From Candidatus Micrarchaeota archaeon (lineage in GTDB: Archaea; Micrarchaeota; Micrarchaeia; Norongarragalinales; SBBD01): 64,000 nucleotides of DNA. The notes beneath the pieces are model-generated. The model was not told where the DNA came from, ran no database searches, and saw nothing but the letters and a program-made list of their open reading frames with translations. The position numbers and the translations under genes were made by a program. Every line of letters begins with the position of its first letter. Position 1 is the first letter of the stretch. The stretch spans positions 3,897 to 67,896 of the forward strand of contig JACRGC010000002.1 in assembly GCA_016212475.1 (NCBI GenBank), in the 5' to 3' direction. This document shows, one piece after another, positions 31,560 through 40,687 of the stretch.

Positions 31560-32342
31560 TTAACCTTTTGTTTCAAATGCAAGATTGGCTGTTTCCAGAT
31601 TCAAATCGGTGAATTTTTTCAAATTTCCCCTTTCCCGTTCATTTATTTTCATAATCCCAACATCCCAATGGAATGCTATCCAATCTCCAACTGCAATATC
31701 TTCAGTAAGCCTCAAGTTTCCCTCGTAAAAAGAGATGTTGCGCAAAATTTCCTCCCCGAAGAAATATTTTCCCTCCCCGAAAAGTACGGGTTTGTATTCA
31801 ACAATTGCCCCATTAATCCTTTCGTTGTTTTTCCCCTCAATTCCTTCCTTCGCCGTTTTCAACTCAACCACTTTTCCAAATGGCGTCCTGCACCTATCCG
31901 CATTGAACAAATTCCAGTCGACTTTGCCGGTTATGAATTTGATGTAATAAACATGGAATGAATGGTGCGGGTAAACCTTTTTTGGGAGTTTTTCTGCAAG
32001 CATTTGCGCCCTTGGAATTTGCATCTTTCCCTTCCCCACTAAATCATGGGTAATTATTTCAGAAACTGCATCCCTGCTGACCTTTTCAAGCAATTCATTC
32101 CCAAGCCAATAAGCTTCGCAAACCTTGTAATTGAAAGGATCCAGCCCATTCTCTTTCCCAATCAGCTTCAAATACGGGTAATGCCCCTCAAAAAAGGTAA
32201 GTGCATGCTTTAACTGCTCCTCATTCCGCTTATTCTTATCCCCCAAATACTCAGAAAATGCTTTTCCAAAATCAACCGGCCCGCAGTATTTCAAATGGTT
32301 TGTGACGCTCCCAAATCTGGCTGATAGCTCTACTCCTTCCAT
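31560..32342 (-). CDS. DUF6390-like protein with HypC-like C-terminal OB motif
   Basis: N.L.YCGP, EAYWLGN, PHHSFHV, C..GKV, VGDWIAFHW. Confidence 0.75.
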   Translation of the reverse strand: MEGVELSARFGSVTNHLKYCGPVDFGKAFSEYLGDKNKRNEEQLKHALTFFEGHYPYLKLIGKENGLDPFNYKVCEAYWLGNELLEKVSRDAVSEIITHDLVGKGKMQIPRAQMLAEKLPKKVYPHHSFHVYYIKFITGKVDWNLFNADRCRTPFGKVVELKTAKEGIEGKNNERINGAIVEYKPVLFGEGKYFFGEEILRNISFYEGNLRLTEDIAVGDWIAFHWDVGIMKINERERGNLKKFTDLNLETANLAFETKG

Positions 32343-33268
32343 AGCGATCCGTCCCTGACCTCATTAAAGAACATTTTGGGCAGTTTTGCAACCTGCGATA
32401 TTCCAACCACCAGCACTATTCCGGCTGTAATCAATAGCAAACCAAATGCATCCTGCAAAATAGGCGCTTTCCCAAGGAAAATGTAATTGAGCGCAGTTGT
32501 AATCGGGCCGCCAAGAGTCAAAATCGCAGTTGCAGTAGTTGCTTTTGCGTATTTCAATGCGGCATACCAGCTAGAAATAAACAAGAACAGCAAAGCAGAT
32601 GTGATTGCAACCCATTCATAGTGAGCTGTGGTTAAGGCGGACATAAGCCCGATTTTTCCAACCGCTGCCAAATACGCAAAAATGAACGCGGTCCCAAAAA
32701 ACATCCTCCCAAAGCCAACAAACCTTGCTTCTATTTGCTTGTTATTCATTATCCATTTTGATAGCACATATTCAAATCCCCAAATAACCGTTGCTCCCAA
32801 AACCAAAAGCTCTCCGGCTCCAAACGAAAGCAAATTCTCCTTTCCAAGAAGCAAAAAGTTGCCTCCAAGCGCTATTCCAGCTCCAATCAAAACATTTCTC
32901 GAAGCTTTTTCCTTCAAGAGGAAGAATGCAAACACCGCTGAGAAAATGAATAACATCCTAAACAAGAACGATCCCTTAACTGCTGAAATCATTGAAAGCC
33001 CTTGGAAGAACATCAAAAACGGAACGCTTCCCCCAATTAAGCCAATTAAAGCTAGCCAGCCCCATTGCCTTGCAGTCAATTTAAGCAATTTTTCCCTCTC
33101 CTTGAATGCAAAAATAGCGCCTACAATCAAAATTGCAGCCCCCAAGTTTTTCATGGCTGTAAAGAGTGCAGCATCAATCCCCTTCACTGCAAGAGCATTC
33201 AGAAAAACAGAAACTCCTGAAACAATCGCAGTTATGAAAGCTAAAACTATTCCTTTTTGTTCAGACAT
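32330..33268 (-). CDS. EamA/DMT family transporter
   Basis: About 10 TM helices in two EamA repeats. Confidence 0.88.
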   Translation of the reverse strand: MSEQKGIVLAFITAIVSGVSVFLNALAVKGIDAALFTAMKNLGAAILIVGAIFAFKEREKLLKLTARQWGWLALIGLIGGSVPFLMFFQGLSMISAVKGSFLFRMLFIFSAVFAFFLLKEKASRNVLIGAGIALGGNFLLLGKENLLSFGAGELLVLGATVIWGFEYVLSKWIMNNKQIEARFVGFGRMFFGTAFIFAYLAAVGKIGLMSALTTAHYEWVAITSALLFLFISSWYAALKYAKATTATAILTLGGPITTALNYIFLGKAPILQDAFGLLLITAGIVLVVGISQVAKLPKMFFNEVRDGSLWKE

Positions 33269-33358
33269 AATTCCACCACTGAAAATTTAATGCAATATCG
33301 TTAAAAAAGGCTACTGCCTAATTGCAAACGGGAATTAATGTTCCCGACTTGTATTCTT

Positions 33359-33847
33359 ATGGCAAAAAAACTTTCACTTGGGATTTTCTCATTCTCATGC
33401 TGTGAGGATTCTTCGATTGTTTTGGTTGAAATGATGAACGATCATTGGAAGGATTGGGCAAAACTTATTGATTTCAAATACGCGCGCATCCTCCAAACAA
33501 AAAACACCCTCGGCGAAATGGACGTTGCAATAATTGAAGGCGCAATTGCACATGAAAAAGATAGGCAAAAAGTTCTTGAAATCCGAAAACTTGCAAAGAA
33601 AGTGGTTGCAATCGGCTCTTGCGCTTGTGTTGGGCTCCCAGCTGGCCAGCGAAACCTTTTCAATGAGGAAACCAAAAAAGAGATCCAATTCATAATTGAT
33701 AAATTCGGCATGATGGAAAAAGTGGAATCCATACCCCAAATCATCCATGTTGATGACATGGTTGTTGGCTGCCCGATGGACGAGGCAAAATTCCTGGAGG
33801 TTTTGAACAAGTATTTGGTTGAATTCGAAGTGGTTCCTAAACCGTAA
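33359..33847 (+). CDS. Truncated [NiFe]-hydrogenase small subunit (group 3b delta-like, proximal-cluster domain only)
   Basis: FSCCEDS, IEGAI, IGSCA..G, GCP motifs; ends without distal-cluster cysteines. Confidence 0.85.
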   Translation: MAKKLSLGIFSFSCCEDSSIVLVEMMNDHWKDWAKLIDFKYARILQTKNTLGEMDVAIIEGAIAHEKDRQKVLEIRKLAKKVVAIGSCACVGLPAGQRNLFNEETKKEIQFIIDKFGMMEKVESIPQIIHVDDMVVGCPMDEAKFLEVLNKYLVEFEVVPKP

Positions 33848-33989
33848 ATCAATGATATTTTGGATTTTGATAAATGGATGGATTTTGGATTGGTTGGAAA
33901 ATATTGATTTTGTAATTTCGTTTATGTTGGATTGGTTCATTTGTCCAATCCAATTAAAATTGTAAAAAAATGTTTTTTTGGTGGGTTTC

Positions 33990-35264
33990 ATGCATCTTGA
34001 TTTCGACATTAATTTGGACGCAATCAGCAAAATCGAAGGCCATGCAGCGCTTTCACTTAAGGTTCGAAACGATGAGGTTTTGGATGTCCAGTTCCAGATA
34101 ACCGAGCAAAAAAGGTTCTATTCGCAGGCGGTCCGCGGAAAATCAGCTCTCAATGTTGCCCAACTCGTTTCCAGAATTTGCGGAACCTGCTCAATTGCCC
34201 ATCTCTCATGCTGCCTTGAAGCAGTTGAAAACGCGCTTAAAATCGAGCCGACACAGCAAACCAAACTCTTGCGCAAACTTACAACTTATGGCATGTATAT
34301 CCGCGACCATGCAATGCACCTTTACATGTTTTCCCTGCCTGATGTGCTAAGGAAAGATTCCATTTTGGAAATCGCCGAGACCTCTCCAGAACTAGTTGAG
34401 CAATGCTTCAAAATCAAAGCAGCTGGAAACAACCTCTCAAAATTGATTGCCGGCAAAGCAATCCATGCAACATACCCAGAAATTGGCGGGCACGCGCAAA
34501 TACCGGACAAGGAGGCTGTGAAAAAATCAATTGCCGAACTTAAATCTGCCCGCGAGGAAATATTTGACATGATGCAAATCTACCATGAAAGCGATTTCAA
34601 ATTCGAGCGCGAAACAAGGTATGTTTGCACAAACAATGATGATTTTTCCTACACCGGCGATGAAATCATAAGTTCAACTGGCACGCCTGTTCCAAAATCG
34701 CACTATTTATGGCATCTTCAAAGGGTGATTTTGCCCTACTCCACATCAACCGGCTTCCAATTCCGCGGGAAGGAATTCATGGTGGGTTCGCTTGCACGGA
34801 TGAATTTGAAAAAAAACAGCCTGCACAAGGATACGAAGCGCGATGCCTCCTCATATATTGCAGAATTCCCATCAAAGGATGTTTACAAGAACAATTTGGC
34901 GCAGGCAATTGAAACCCTCCATTCAATAGACCATTCAATTGAGCTTTTGGAAACAACGGATTTCAGGCCTGAAACCCCAATTGCCCCAACTATCAAGGAT
35001 GGGATTGGCGTAGCTGCAATCGAAGCTCCAAGGGGAACGCTTTACTATCATGTTGAAATTGGCGATCTCAAAGTCAAGGAAGTCGATCTTGTAATCCCAA
35101 CCGCCCAAAATCAGGTGAACATCGGCTTTGACATAAAGCAATTGGTTGAAACCAACCTTCACCTTCCAAAGCCGGAGCTTGAATTTGAAATTGAAAAGCT
35201 GATCCGCGCATACGATCCTTGCATGAGCTGTGCGACCCATTTTTTGAAGGTCAAGTGGCTTTAA
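33990..35264 (+). CDS. [NiFe]-hydrogenase large subunit, group 3b-like
   Basis: KIEGH, L1 RICGTC..AH, EAPRG.L, PTAQN, L2 DPCMSCATH plus 7-aa cleavable tail. Confidence 0.95.
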   Translation: MHLDFDINLDAISKIEGHAALSLKVRNDEVLDVQFQITEQKRFYSQAVRGKSALNVAQLVSRICGTCSIAHLSCCLEAVENALKIEPTQQTKLLRKLTTYGMYIRDHAMHLYMFSLPDVLRKDSILEIAETSPELVEQCFKIKAAGNNLSKLIAGKAIHATYPEIGGHAQIPDKEAVKKSIAELKSAREEIFDMMQIYHESDFKFERETRYVCTNNDDFSYTGDEIISSTGTPVPKSHYLWHLQRVILPYSTSTGFQFRGKEFMVGSLARMNLKKNSLHKDTKRDASSYIAEFPSKDVYKNNLAQAIETLHSIDHSIELLETTDFRPETPIAPTIKDGIGVAAIEAPRGTLYYHVEIGDLKVKEVDLVIPTAQNQVNIGFDIKQLVETNLHLPKPELEFEIEKLIRAYDPCMSCATHFLKVKWL

Positions 35265-35297
35265 TCGTTTTTAGGTAGTCTAAATTTATTTGAATAA

Positions 35298-36098
35298 TTA
35301 GGTGCGGTTTTTTTCAGTAGATTTCTTTTTCAATTCTGCCAGCCGTGCTTCCATTTTCCTGATCATGGTTTCCAGTTCGGTAATATTTGCGCTTTTTAAT
35401 TTGGGTTTAAAGTAAATCAATCTGTATTTGGTTATTTGATTTCTCATGGATTCAACACTCATCCTCAAAATCTTTGCAGCAATTGATACGTTGCCCATGG
35501 CAAAATGCAATGCCAATCTAAGCCTCCGCTCTTGTTGTTTTTTTCCTTTTTCCACATACTCGTCTATTTTTGGAAAATTCCTCCTAAGTTCATCCCGGCT
35601 CAATGATCCCTTATAGAACTCTTTTGATGCTTTGTGTAAATTTCCAAAATTCCTCAACACACTTTTCAGGAATCTATCCTTAATCTCCGGAGCCAAACTA
35701 GCCCTTGAAAAATCATATCCCGTCATCAGTTTCTCACTTGGTTTTTTTTGTTTTTTTCGAAATTCAATTGCTGATGCGAAATTTTGCAAATTGTATTTTT
35801 TCACTAAGTTACTAACCGTTTTTGAGGAAATCCCAAACATATGCGCTGTCCCGGTTTTGTTTCCCCTAGCTAGGTACAATCCAAGCCTTAAGCGCCTGGC
35901 TTGCCGTTTCTTTCCTTGTGCAATTATTTCATCGATTTCCGGAATTCTTTTTCTGATTTTCGATTTGCCTAATTTGTAAGCGAACAGTTCTTTGTTTGCT
36001 CTACTCAAGACTCCAAAATCCTTAATTACCCTCTTTTTGTACTTGGCAATTTCTTCAGGAGATAGCATTCTAATCTGGACTGATTTTTTCATTTCCAT
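35298..36098 (-). CDS. Basic protein made of a duplicated module with Fis-like HTH motifs
   Basis: GNKTGTAHMFGISSKTV..LVKKYNL and GNVSIAAKILRMSVESM...ITKYRL; internal duplication visible by eye. Confidence 0.7.
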   Translation of the reverse strand: MEMKKSVQIRMLSPEEIAKYKKRVIKDFGVLSRANKELFAYKLGKSKIRKRIPEIDEIIAQGKKRQARRLRLGLYLARGNKTGTAHMFGISSKTVSNLVKKYNLQNFASAIEFRKKQKKPSEKLMTGYDFSRASLAPEIKDRFLKSVLRNFGNLHKASKEFYKGSLSRDELRRNFPKIDEYVEKGKKQQERRLRLALHFAMGNVSIAAKILRMSVESMRNQITKYRLIYFKPKLKSANITELETMIRKMEARLAELKKKSTEKNRT

Positions 36099-36158
36099 AA
36101 TAACTGTTTATTTAATAGCTACTTAATATTGTTTTCCAAATCAGTTTTCCTTCAGAAC

Positions 36159-36569
36159 TCAACCCAGCTTATTTGGCACAATATAGTTTTTTGTGATTTT
36201 CTCCTTCAGCTCAATTAGCGCCTTCTTTTCCGGATATTTCCTTGGAACTGCAAAAATCAATGCGCTATCAAGCTTACCCATCCGTTTCAGCAGCCGAAGC
36301 GTGATTCCCAAATCAAAATCATGCATCGTGTAGATTTTTTGCATGACTATTGCTTCCAAATCCGTGATTATTTCAACTTTTTCAATTCCATCCGCAGAAT
36401 CAATTATTGTCAAATCCCTCCCTTCCTCCTCGATGTTTTCAACCCCATCGATTTCCCGGATTTCGATTTTTGGGAATGCTTTTTTGAGTTGGGGCATGAT
36501 CCTGATTGGCACGCTATCATCCCGAACCAGCGGATTTCCAACAATTAGGATTTTTCCTTTTTTTTCCAT
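36159..36569 (-). CDS. Hydrogenase maturation protease-like (HycI/HybD fold)
   Basis: ILIVGNPL..DD, IIDS, TMHD motifs; next to the hydrogenase genes. Confidence 0.75.
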   Translation of the reverse strand: MEKKGKILIVGNPLVRDDSVPIRIMPQLKKAFPKIEIREIDGVENIEEEGRDLTIIDSADGIEKVEIITDLEAIVMQKIYTMHDFDLGITLRLLKRMGKLDSALIFAVPRKYPEKKALIELKEKITKNYIVPNKLG

Positions 36570-36697
36570 GCCTTGATGCACCAAAATTGGGTGGTTCCCT
36601 TTTCCCTATCTGATCTTCCCCTAATTTCAGCTATTAAAAACAAACTGGACTTTTTTTAAAGGATTGCAGATTAATTAATCCAATTTGCTTTAGTTGT

Positions 36698-37450
36698 GTG
36701 ATTCCCATGGAATTCAAGGCCGAAATAACCGACATCAAAACATTCGTTGACAAATCCGCATCCCTGCAGCCCCATACGCGCATCTACAGGATGAAAATAC
36801 CCGAGGATATCAAATTCGAATTCAAATCCGGCCAATTCATAATGCTTGCAATGGAGGATTTCCCTCTTAGAAGCAACCCAAAAATGCTCAAATGGTCATC
36901 CTATTCGATTGCATCATCGCAATTGGAAAAAACCTACTTGGAATTTTCCATTCGTCTTCTAGATACTCCCGGCTTTACAAACCATCTGAAGGAAAAAGCG
37001 CACATCGGTTCAAAAATAAGCATCAAGGGCCCTTTTGGCGTATTCACAGTTAGGCCGGATGCCAAAAGATTGATGTATGTTTGCACCGGAACTGGCGTTG
37101 CTCCTCTTCTATCTCACATCAGAACGCTTCTTTTTAGCGGATCAACCATTCCAATTTCGCTCTTCTTTGGATTCAAGAACCCGGATGTGTATATTTTCCG
37201 CGAAGAGCTTGAGGAATTAACCAAAAAATTCCCAAATTTCAAATTGGAGCCAACAATTACCGACCCCGGCAGAACGGATTGGCAAGGCAGAACCGGAATA
37301 TTCCACGATTTCTTCCCAACCTATTCATTTGTTGGAAAAGAAGAAACGGATGTTTACATTTGCGGGAACCCCAAGATGGTTGAAGACATCAAAACCATCC
37401 TTCCAACAATTGGCTTCAACCACGATAATATTCATATTGAGCCTTGGTAA
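36698..37450 (+). CDS. FAD/NAD(P)-binding oxidoreductase (ferredoxin reductase/Fre-like)
   Basis: GQF, YSIAS, GP.G.F, TGTGVAP, YICG..MV; no Fe-S cysteines. Confidence 0.9.
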   Translation: MIPMEFKAEITDIKTFVDKSASLQPHTRIYRMKIPEDIKFEFKSGQFIMLAMEDFPLRSNPKMLKWSSYSIASSQLEKTYLEFSIRLLDTPGFTNHLKEKAHIGSKISIKGPFGVFTVRPDAKRLMYVCTGTGVAPLLSHIRTLLFSGSTIPISLFFGFKNPDVYIFREELEELTKKFPNFKLEPTITDPGRTDWQGRTGIFHDFFPTYSFVGKEETDVYICGNPKMVEDIKTILPTIGFNHDNIHIEPW

Positions 37451-37595
37451 ATACTAGAAAAAACGGCAAAACCACAATGATACTTAAGCACATTGCTATG
37501 CCAAAAGGGGAAATGCAGGAAATGTCAAAAATGGGCTGGAATTCATCCTTAGACAAGCTAGATGCGATCCTTTAGGGTTTAAATTTGCCGCCAGC

Positions 37596-38270
37596 ATGTT
37601 CTTTTGGGATTTCTTCATGCTTGAATTTGCAATGCTTGCGCTTACACTTGGGATAAAGCACAGCTTTGATGCCGACCACCTAATTGCCGTTTCAAACCTT
37701 TTAGGCAAGGCAAGTTCGCTTCGCAAATCCGTTTCAATGTCAATTAGCTGGGCAGCAGGCCACATGCTAACTGCCTCGCTGATTACTTTTGTATTGTTTT
37801 CAAACCAAAACTCCCTTCTTCCGCTGATTTTGGACAAATTTGAAATTCTGGTGGGAGCCATGCTGATTTTCCTTGGCGCACTCACAATTTACCATGCTAA
37901 ATTCACGAAAATCCATTCCCATATCCACACACATGGCGGCAAAAAGCACGTTCACATGCACTCGCACGCAATAGCAAACAAAGCGGATCATTCCCATTCG
38001 CACATGCTAGGGATTGGAATAATCCATGGGCTTGCAAGCAATGATGAGCTTCTTCTTTTGCTTACGGTTTCACTTGGCGCCTCCTCTTTGTTGGAAATGC
38101 TTGCAGGCGTAGGAATATTTTCACTCGGGGTTGTTTTGGGAATGGTTGCATATTCCATCCTTCTAACACAAACGATAATTAGCATCCGCGGAATTCAAAT
38201 CCATAGGGCAATCCATGCAACAATTGGCGCAATTAGCATTTTCTACGGCGGAGTTTTGTTATTTGCTTAA
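37596..38270 (+). CDS. Nickel/cobalt permease (NiCoT/UreH-like) with His-rich loop
   Basis: LGIKHSFDADHL signature, WAAGH, HSHIHTH..HVHMHSH, GIIHGLA. Confidence 0.88.
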   Translation: MFFWDFFMLEFAMLALTLGIKHSFDADHLIAVSNLLGKASSLRKSVSMSISWAAGHMLTASLITFVLFSNQNSLLPLILDKFEILVGAMLIFLGALTIYHAKFTKIHSHIHTHGGKKHVHMHSHAIANKADHSHSHMLGIGIIHGLASNDELLLLLTVSLGASSLLEMLAGVGIFSLGVVLGMVAYSILLTQTIISIRGIQIHRAIHATIGAISIFYGGVLLFA

Positions 38271-38986
38271 ACTGTTTTTTCTCCTAAATTAGCGGGTTTT
38301 TCCCCCATGTGCTCTTCAAATGTCTTATGCTCCGGAGTTTTCATGAAAATAATTATCACTCTAAGAAGAAGGGCGGCAATTGGCAGATAGAAAAACAGCA
38401 TCCCAAAAGGCCTAACATCAAGCCCGATATCCGGCTTTGTTTCGTATAGGTAAAAATGCAAAAGAGCAAGGGCCAGCGCAACATATCCAAAGGTTTGGAT
38501 CAGCTTCCATTTTTTGTACCCAAGCTTTACCATCATATTCTTGGTTGATGTTGCTGTCATGATGAAAAATATGAGCAATGAAACCGTTGCGGAAACAATC
38601 CCAATGAACTTTGCATTTTCAATGAACATCAAAACCAGGCTGAATTTGTAGAATTCAATGAATGAATAGATCGCATGCAATGCCGCAATTCCAAAGCCAA
38701 TTATCCCAAGGGTTTTTCGCATGTAAAGGAAATGGCCAAATTTAGCCGGAAACAGCTTCGATAGGGGGCCCATCAGGAAAACAATTGAAATAATTCCAAT
38801 TGCCGCAAGCGCAAAAACCTTGTTGAACTCCTTAAATGAGTTGGCGGGATCTTGGAATGTCAAAACATTCATAAGTTTATCCGGAACAAGGGTTTTGGTT
38901 TTTTTGTCAAATGCGGTATAGAACATCAGCAAAGAGCCAAAAACCAGCAATACGATCAAATATGGGAGGATTTTTTTTAATTCCAT
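38267..38986 (-). CDS. Ferric reductase-like transmembrane protein (MsrQ/YedZ-like)
   Basis: RK.LG...F..A.LH, ATS, LG...WK.IQ...Y...LA.LH; start may be 38986 or 39031. Confidence 0.82.
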   Translation of the reverse strand: MELKKILPYLIVLLVFGSLLMFYTAFDKKTKTLVPDKLMNVLTFQDPANSFKEFNKVFALAAIGIISIVFLMGPLSKLFPAKFGHFLYMRKTLGIIGFGIAALHAIYSFIEFYKFSLVLMFIENAKFIGIVSATVSLLIFFIMTATSTKNMMVKLGYKKWKLIQTFGYVALALALLHFYLYETKPDIGLDVRPFGMLFFYLPIAALLLRVIIIFMKTPEHKTFEEHMGEKPANLGEKTV

Positions 38987-39037
38987 CCAAAGAATAATCA
39001 AAGCGGATTTAAAAATCTTTTTTTCATGCAAAACAAA

Positions 39038-40021
39038 TCATGCAAGCAGTTCGGCAATGACGGAAATCAGATATATTCCAAGAAGCACAAATCCGCCTTT
39101 TTTTGTGATTTTCCCAGACCTTGAGATGAAAATGAATGCAAGCGTTATGAAAATCAGTGCAGGGATTGTAATTAGCTGCACTTTTGGCTCGATTGAAATC
39201 GGAGTCATGATTGAAAGTATCCCAACGGAAATTAGCATCGTAAAAATATTGGATCCGATTGTTTCCGTAACCGCAAGGTCCGTAAGGCCCCTTCTTGTTG
39301 CCTGAAGGGCCGCTGCAAGATTTGGTATGCTCGGCCCAAGCGCTCCAAGGGTAATTCCAATTACCATTTCGGAAATTCCAAACATTTTTGAATAATTTAT
39401 CAATGTATCAGTAAAAAGCATCGAACCAATTATCATCATGATTGCGCCGGCAAGGAAATACGCAAATCCCCGATGCTCGCGAAGAGTAATTCCGGTTTTT
39501 CCAACTAAAATAAGCGCCTCCTGCGCATCCCTTGCCTCCTTTACGGATTCTTTTTTGCTGATGTAGCGCTCCTGTTGATAAACATTCAAAACATATGGTA
39601 CGAAAATTAAAACCAAAATCAATCCATCGATCCTTGTAAGCTCCCCTTCAGCCACTACAAGGAGGGAAACAATGAATGTTGCCGCTAGCATGAAGCTTAA
39701 GTCGCGGATCTGGGTTATTTTGGAAATTTTCAAATCCGAAATCATTGCGGAGGCGCCAACAATCAATCCAAGGTTGATGATTACCGAACCAAGGACTGTT
39801 CCAAGCCCAATCAATGGATATCCTTTCAAAATGCTGGATATGGCAACCACTATTTCAGGAAGGCTAAGAAGCGCAGAAACCAAAATCAAGCCAATTGCCG
39901 CATGGGATACTGCAAATGCTCTTGCAAGATGGGCAATTGAATCCGTAAGCCAATCCGCGCCTTTGATAATCAAGGCAACGCCTATGATTCCAAAAACCGT
40001 AATCAATAGGAAATCGATCAT
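39038..40021 (-). CDS. Ca2+/Na+ antiporter (CaCA family)
   Basis: Two alpha-repeats, SLPE..GS..NL and SIPN..GSNIF. Confidence 0.88.
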   Translation of the reverse strand: MIDFLLITVFGIIGVALIIKGADWLTDSIAHLARAFAVSHAAIGLILVSALLSLPEIVVAISSILKGYPLIGLGTVLGSVIINLGLIVGASAMISDLKISKITQIRDLSFMLAATFIVSLLVVAEGELTRIDGLILVLIFVPYVLNVYQQERYISKKESVKEARDAQEALILVGKTGITLREHRGFAYFLAGAIMMIIGSMLFTDTLINYSKMFGISEMVIGITLGALGPSIPNLAAALQATRRGLTDLAVTETIGSNIFTMLISVGILSIMTPISIEPKVQLITIPALIFITLAFIFISRSGKITKKGGFVLLGIYLISVIAELLA

Positions 40022-40164
40022 ATTCTTGTCCTTCTTGCTTTAAGCCAATTGCGGCGCATAAATTAATGGCGCCTGGATATTAATGTTGACCTAAAGCGCC
40101 GATCTGAAATAATATGGTGTTATTATAGCAAACGAATAAAAATTTGGAAACTATTTAACAATCT

Positions 40165-40632
40165 GTGAAAAAATACAGCATATCGGATCAAAAATCGCTG
40201 GCAATTTGGGCGGTTGAGTGCGCAATGCGTGTTTTGCCGCATTTTGAAAAAGCGTATCCAAAGGATAAACGTCCGTAAACCGCAATAAAGGTTTGCAAAA
40301 CATGGATCCGAACTGGAATATTTAGCATGAAGGCAATCCGCAAAGCCTCCCTTGATTCGCATGCAGCTGCAAGGAAAGCAAAAAATAATCCCGCAGCATG
40401 CTACGCCGCAAGGGCAAATGGGCAAGCAGTTGCAGCCTGCCATGTATCGCAACACGCATTTGGGCCGGCATTTTATGGGCTGAAAATTGTTGCATTCAAA
40501 AATCCGGAAAATCCCAAGCCAGAACTTAAAAAAGAGCTCGTATGGCAAACCCGCCAACTCCCTAAAAACCTAAGGAAAGATTGGAAAAATTTCCAAATAC
40601 AAAAATTTCCAAAAAATCTGAATGTAGATTAA
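40165..40632 (+). pseudogene. Imm5-like protein gene interrupted by an in-frame TAA
   Basis: GTG at 40165 reads MKKYSISDQKSLAIWAVECAMRVLPHFEKAYPKDKRP*TAIKVCKTW... in frame with ORF 40327-40632 (AARA.GQAVA.CH); stop at 40276-40278. Confidence 0.8.
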
Positions 40633-40687
40633 GGCAAATCCATAAGGGAATAAATTATCCGCTCCTAAATTCCATTTGCCCATATAT

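Noticed and set aside
40276-40278. Stop-codon reassignment
   Set aside because: A single case, and TAA, TAG and TGA all end conserved genes normally in this window.
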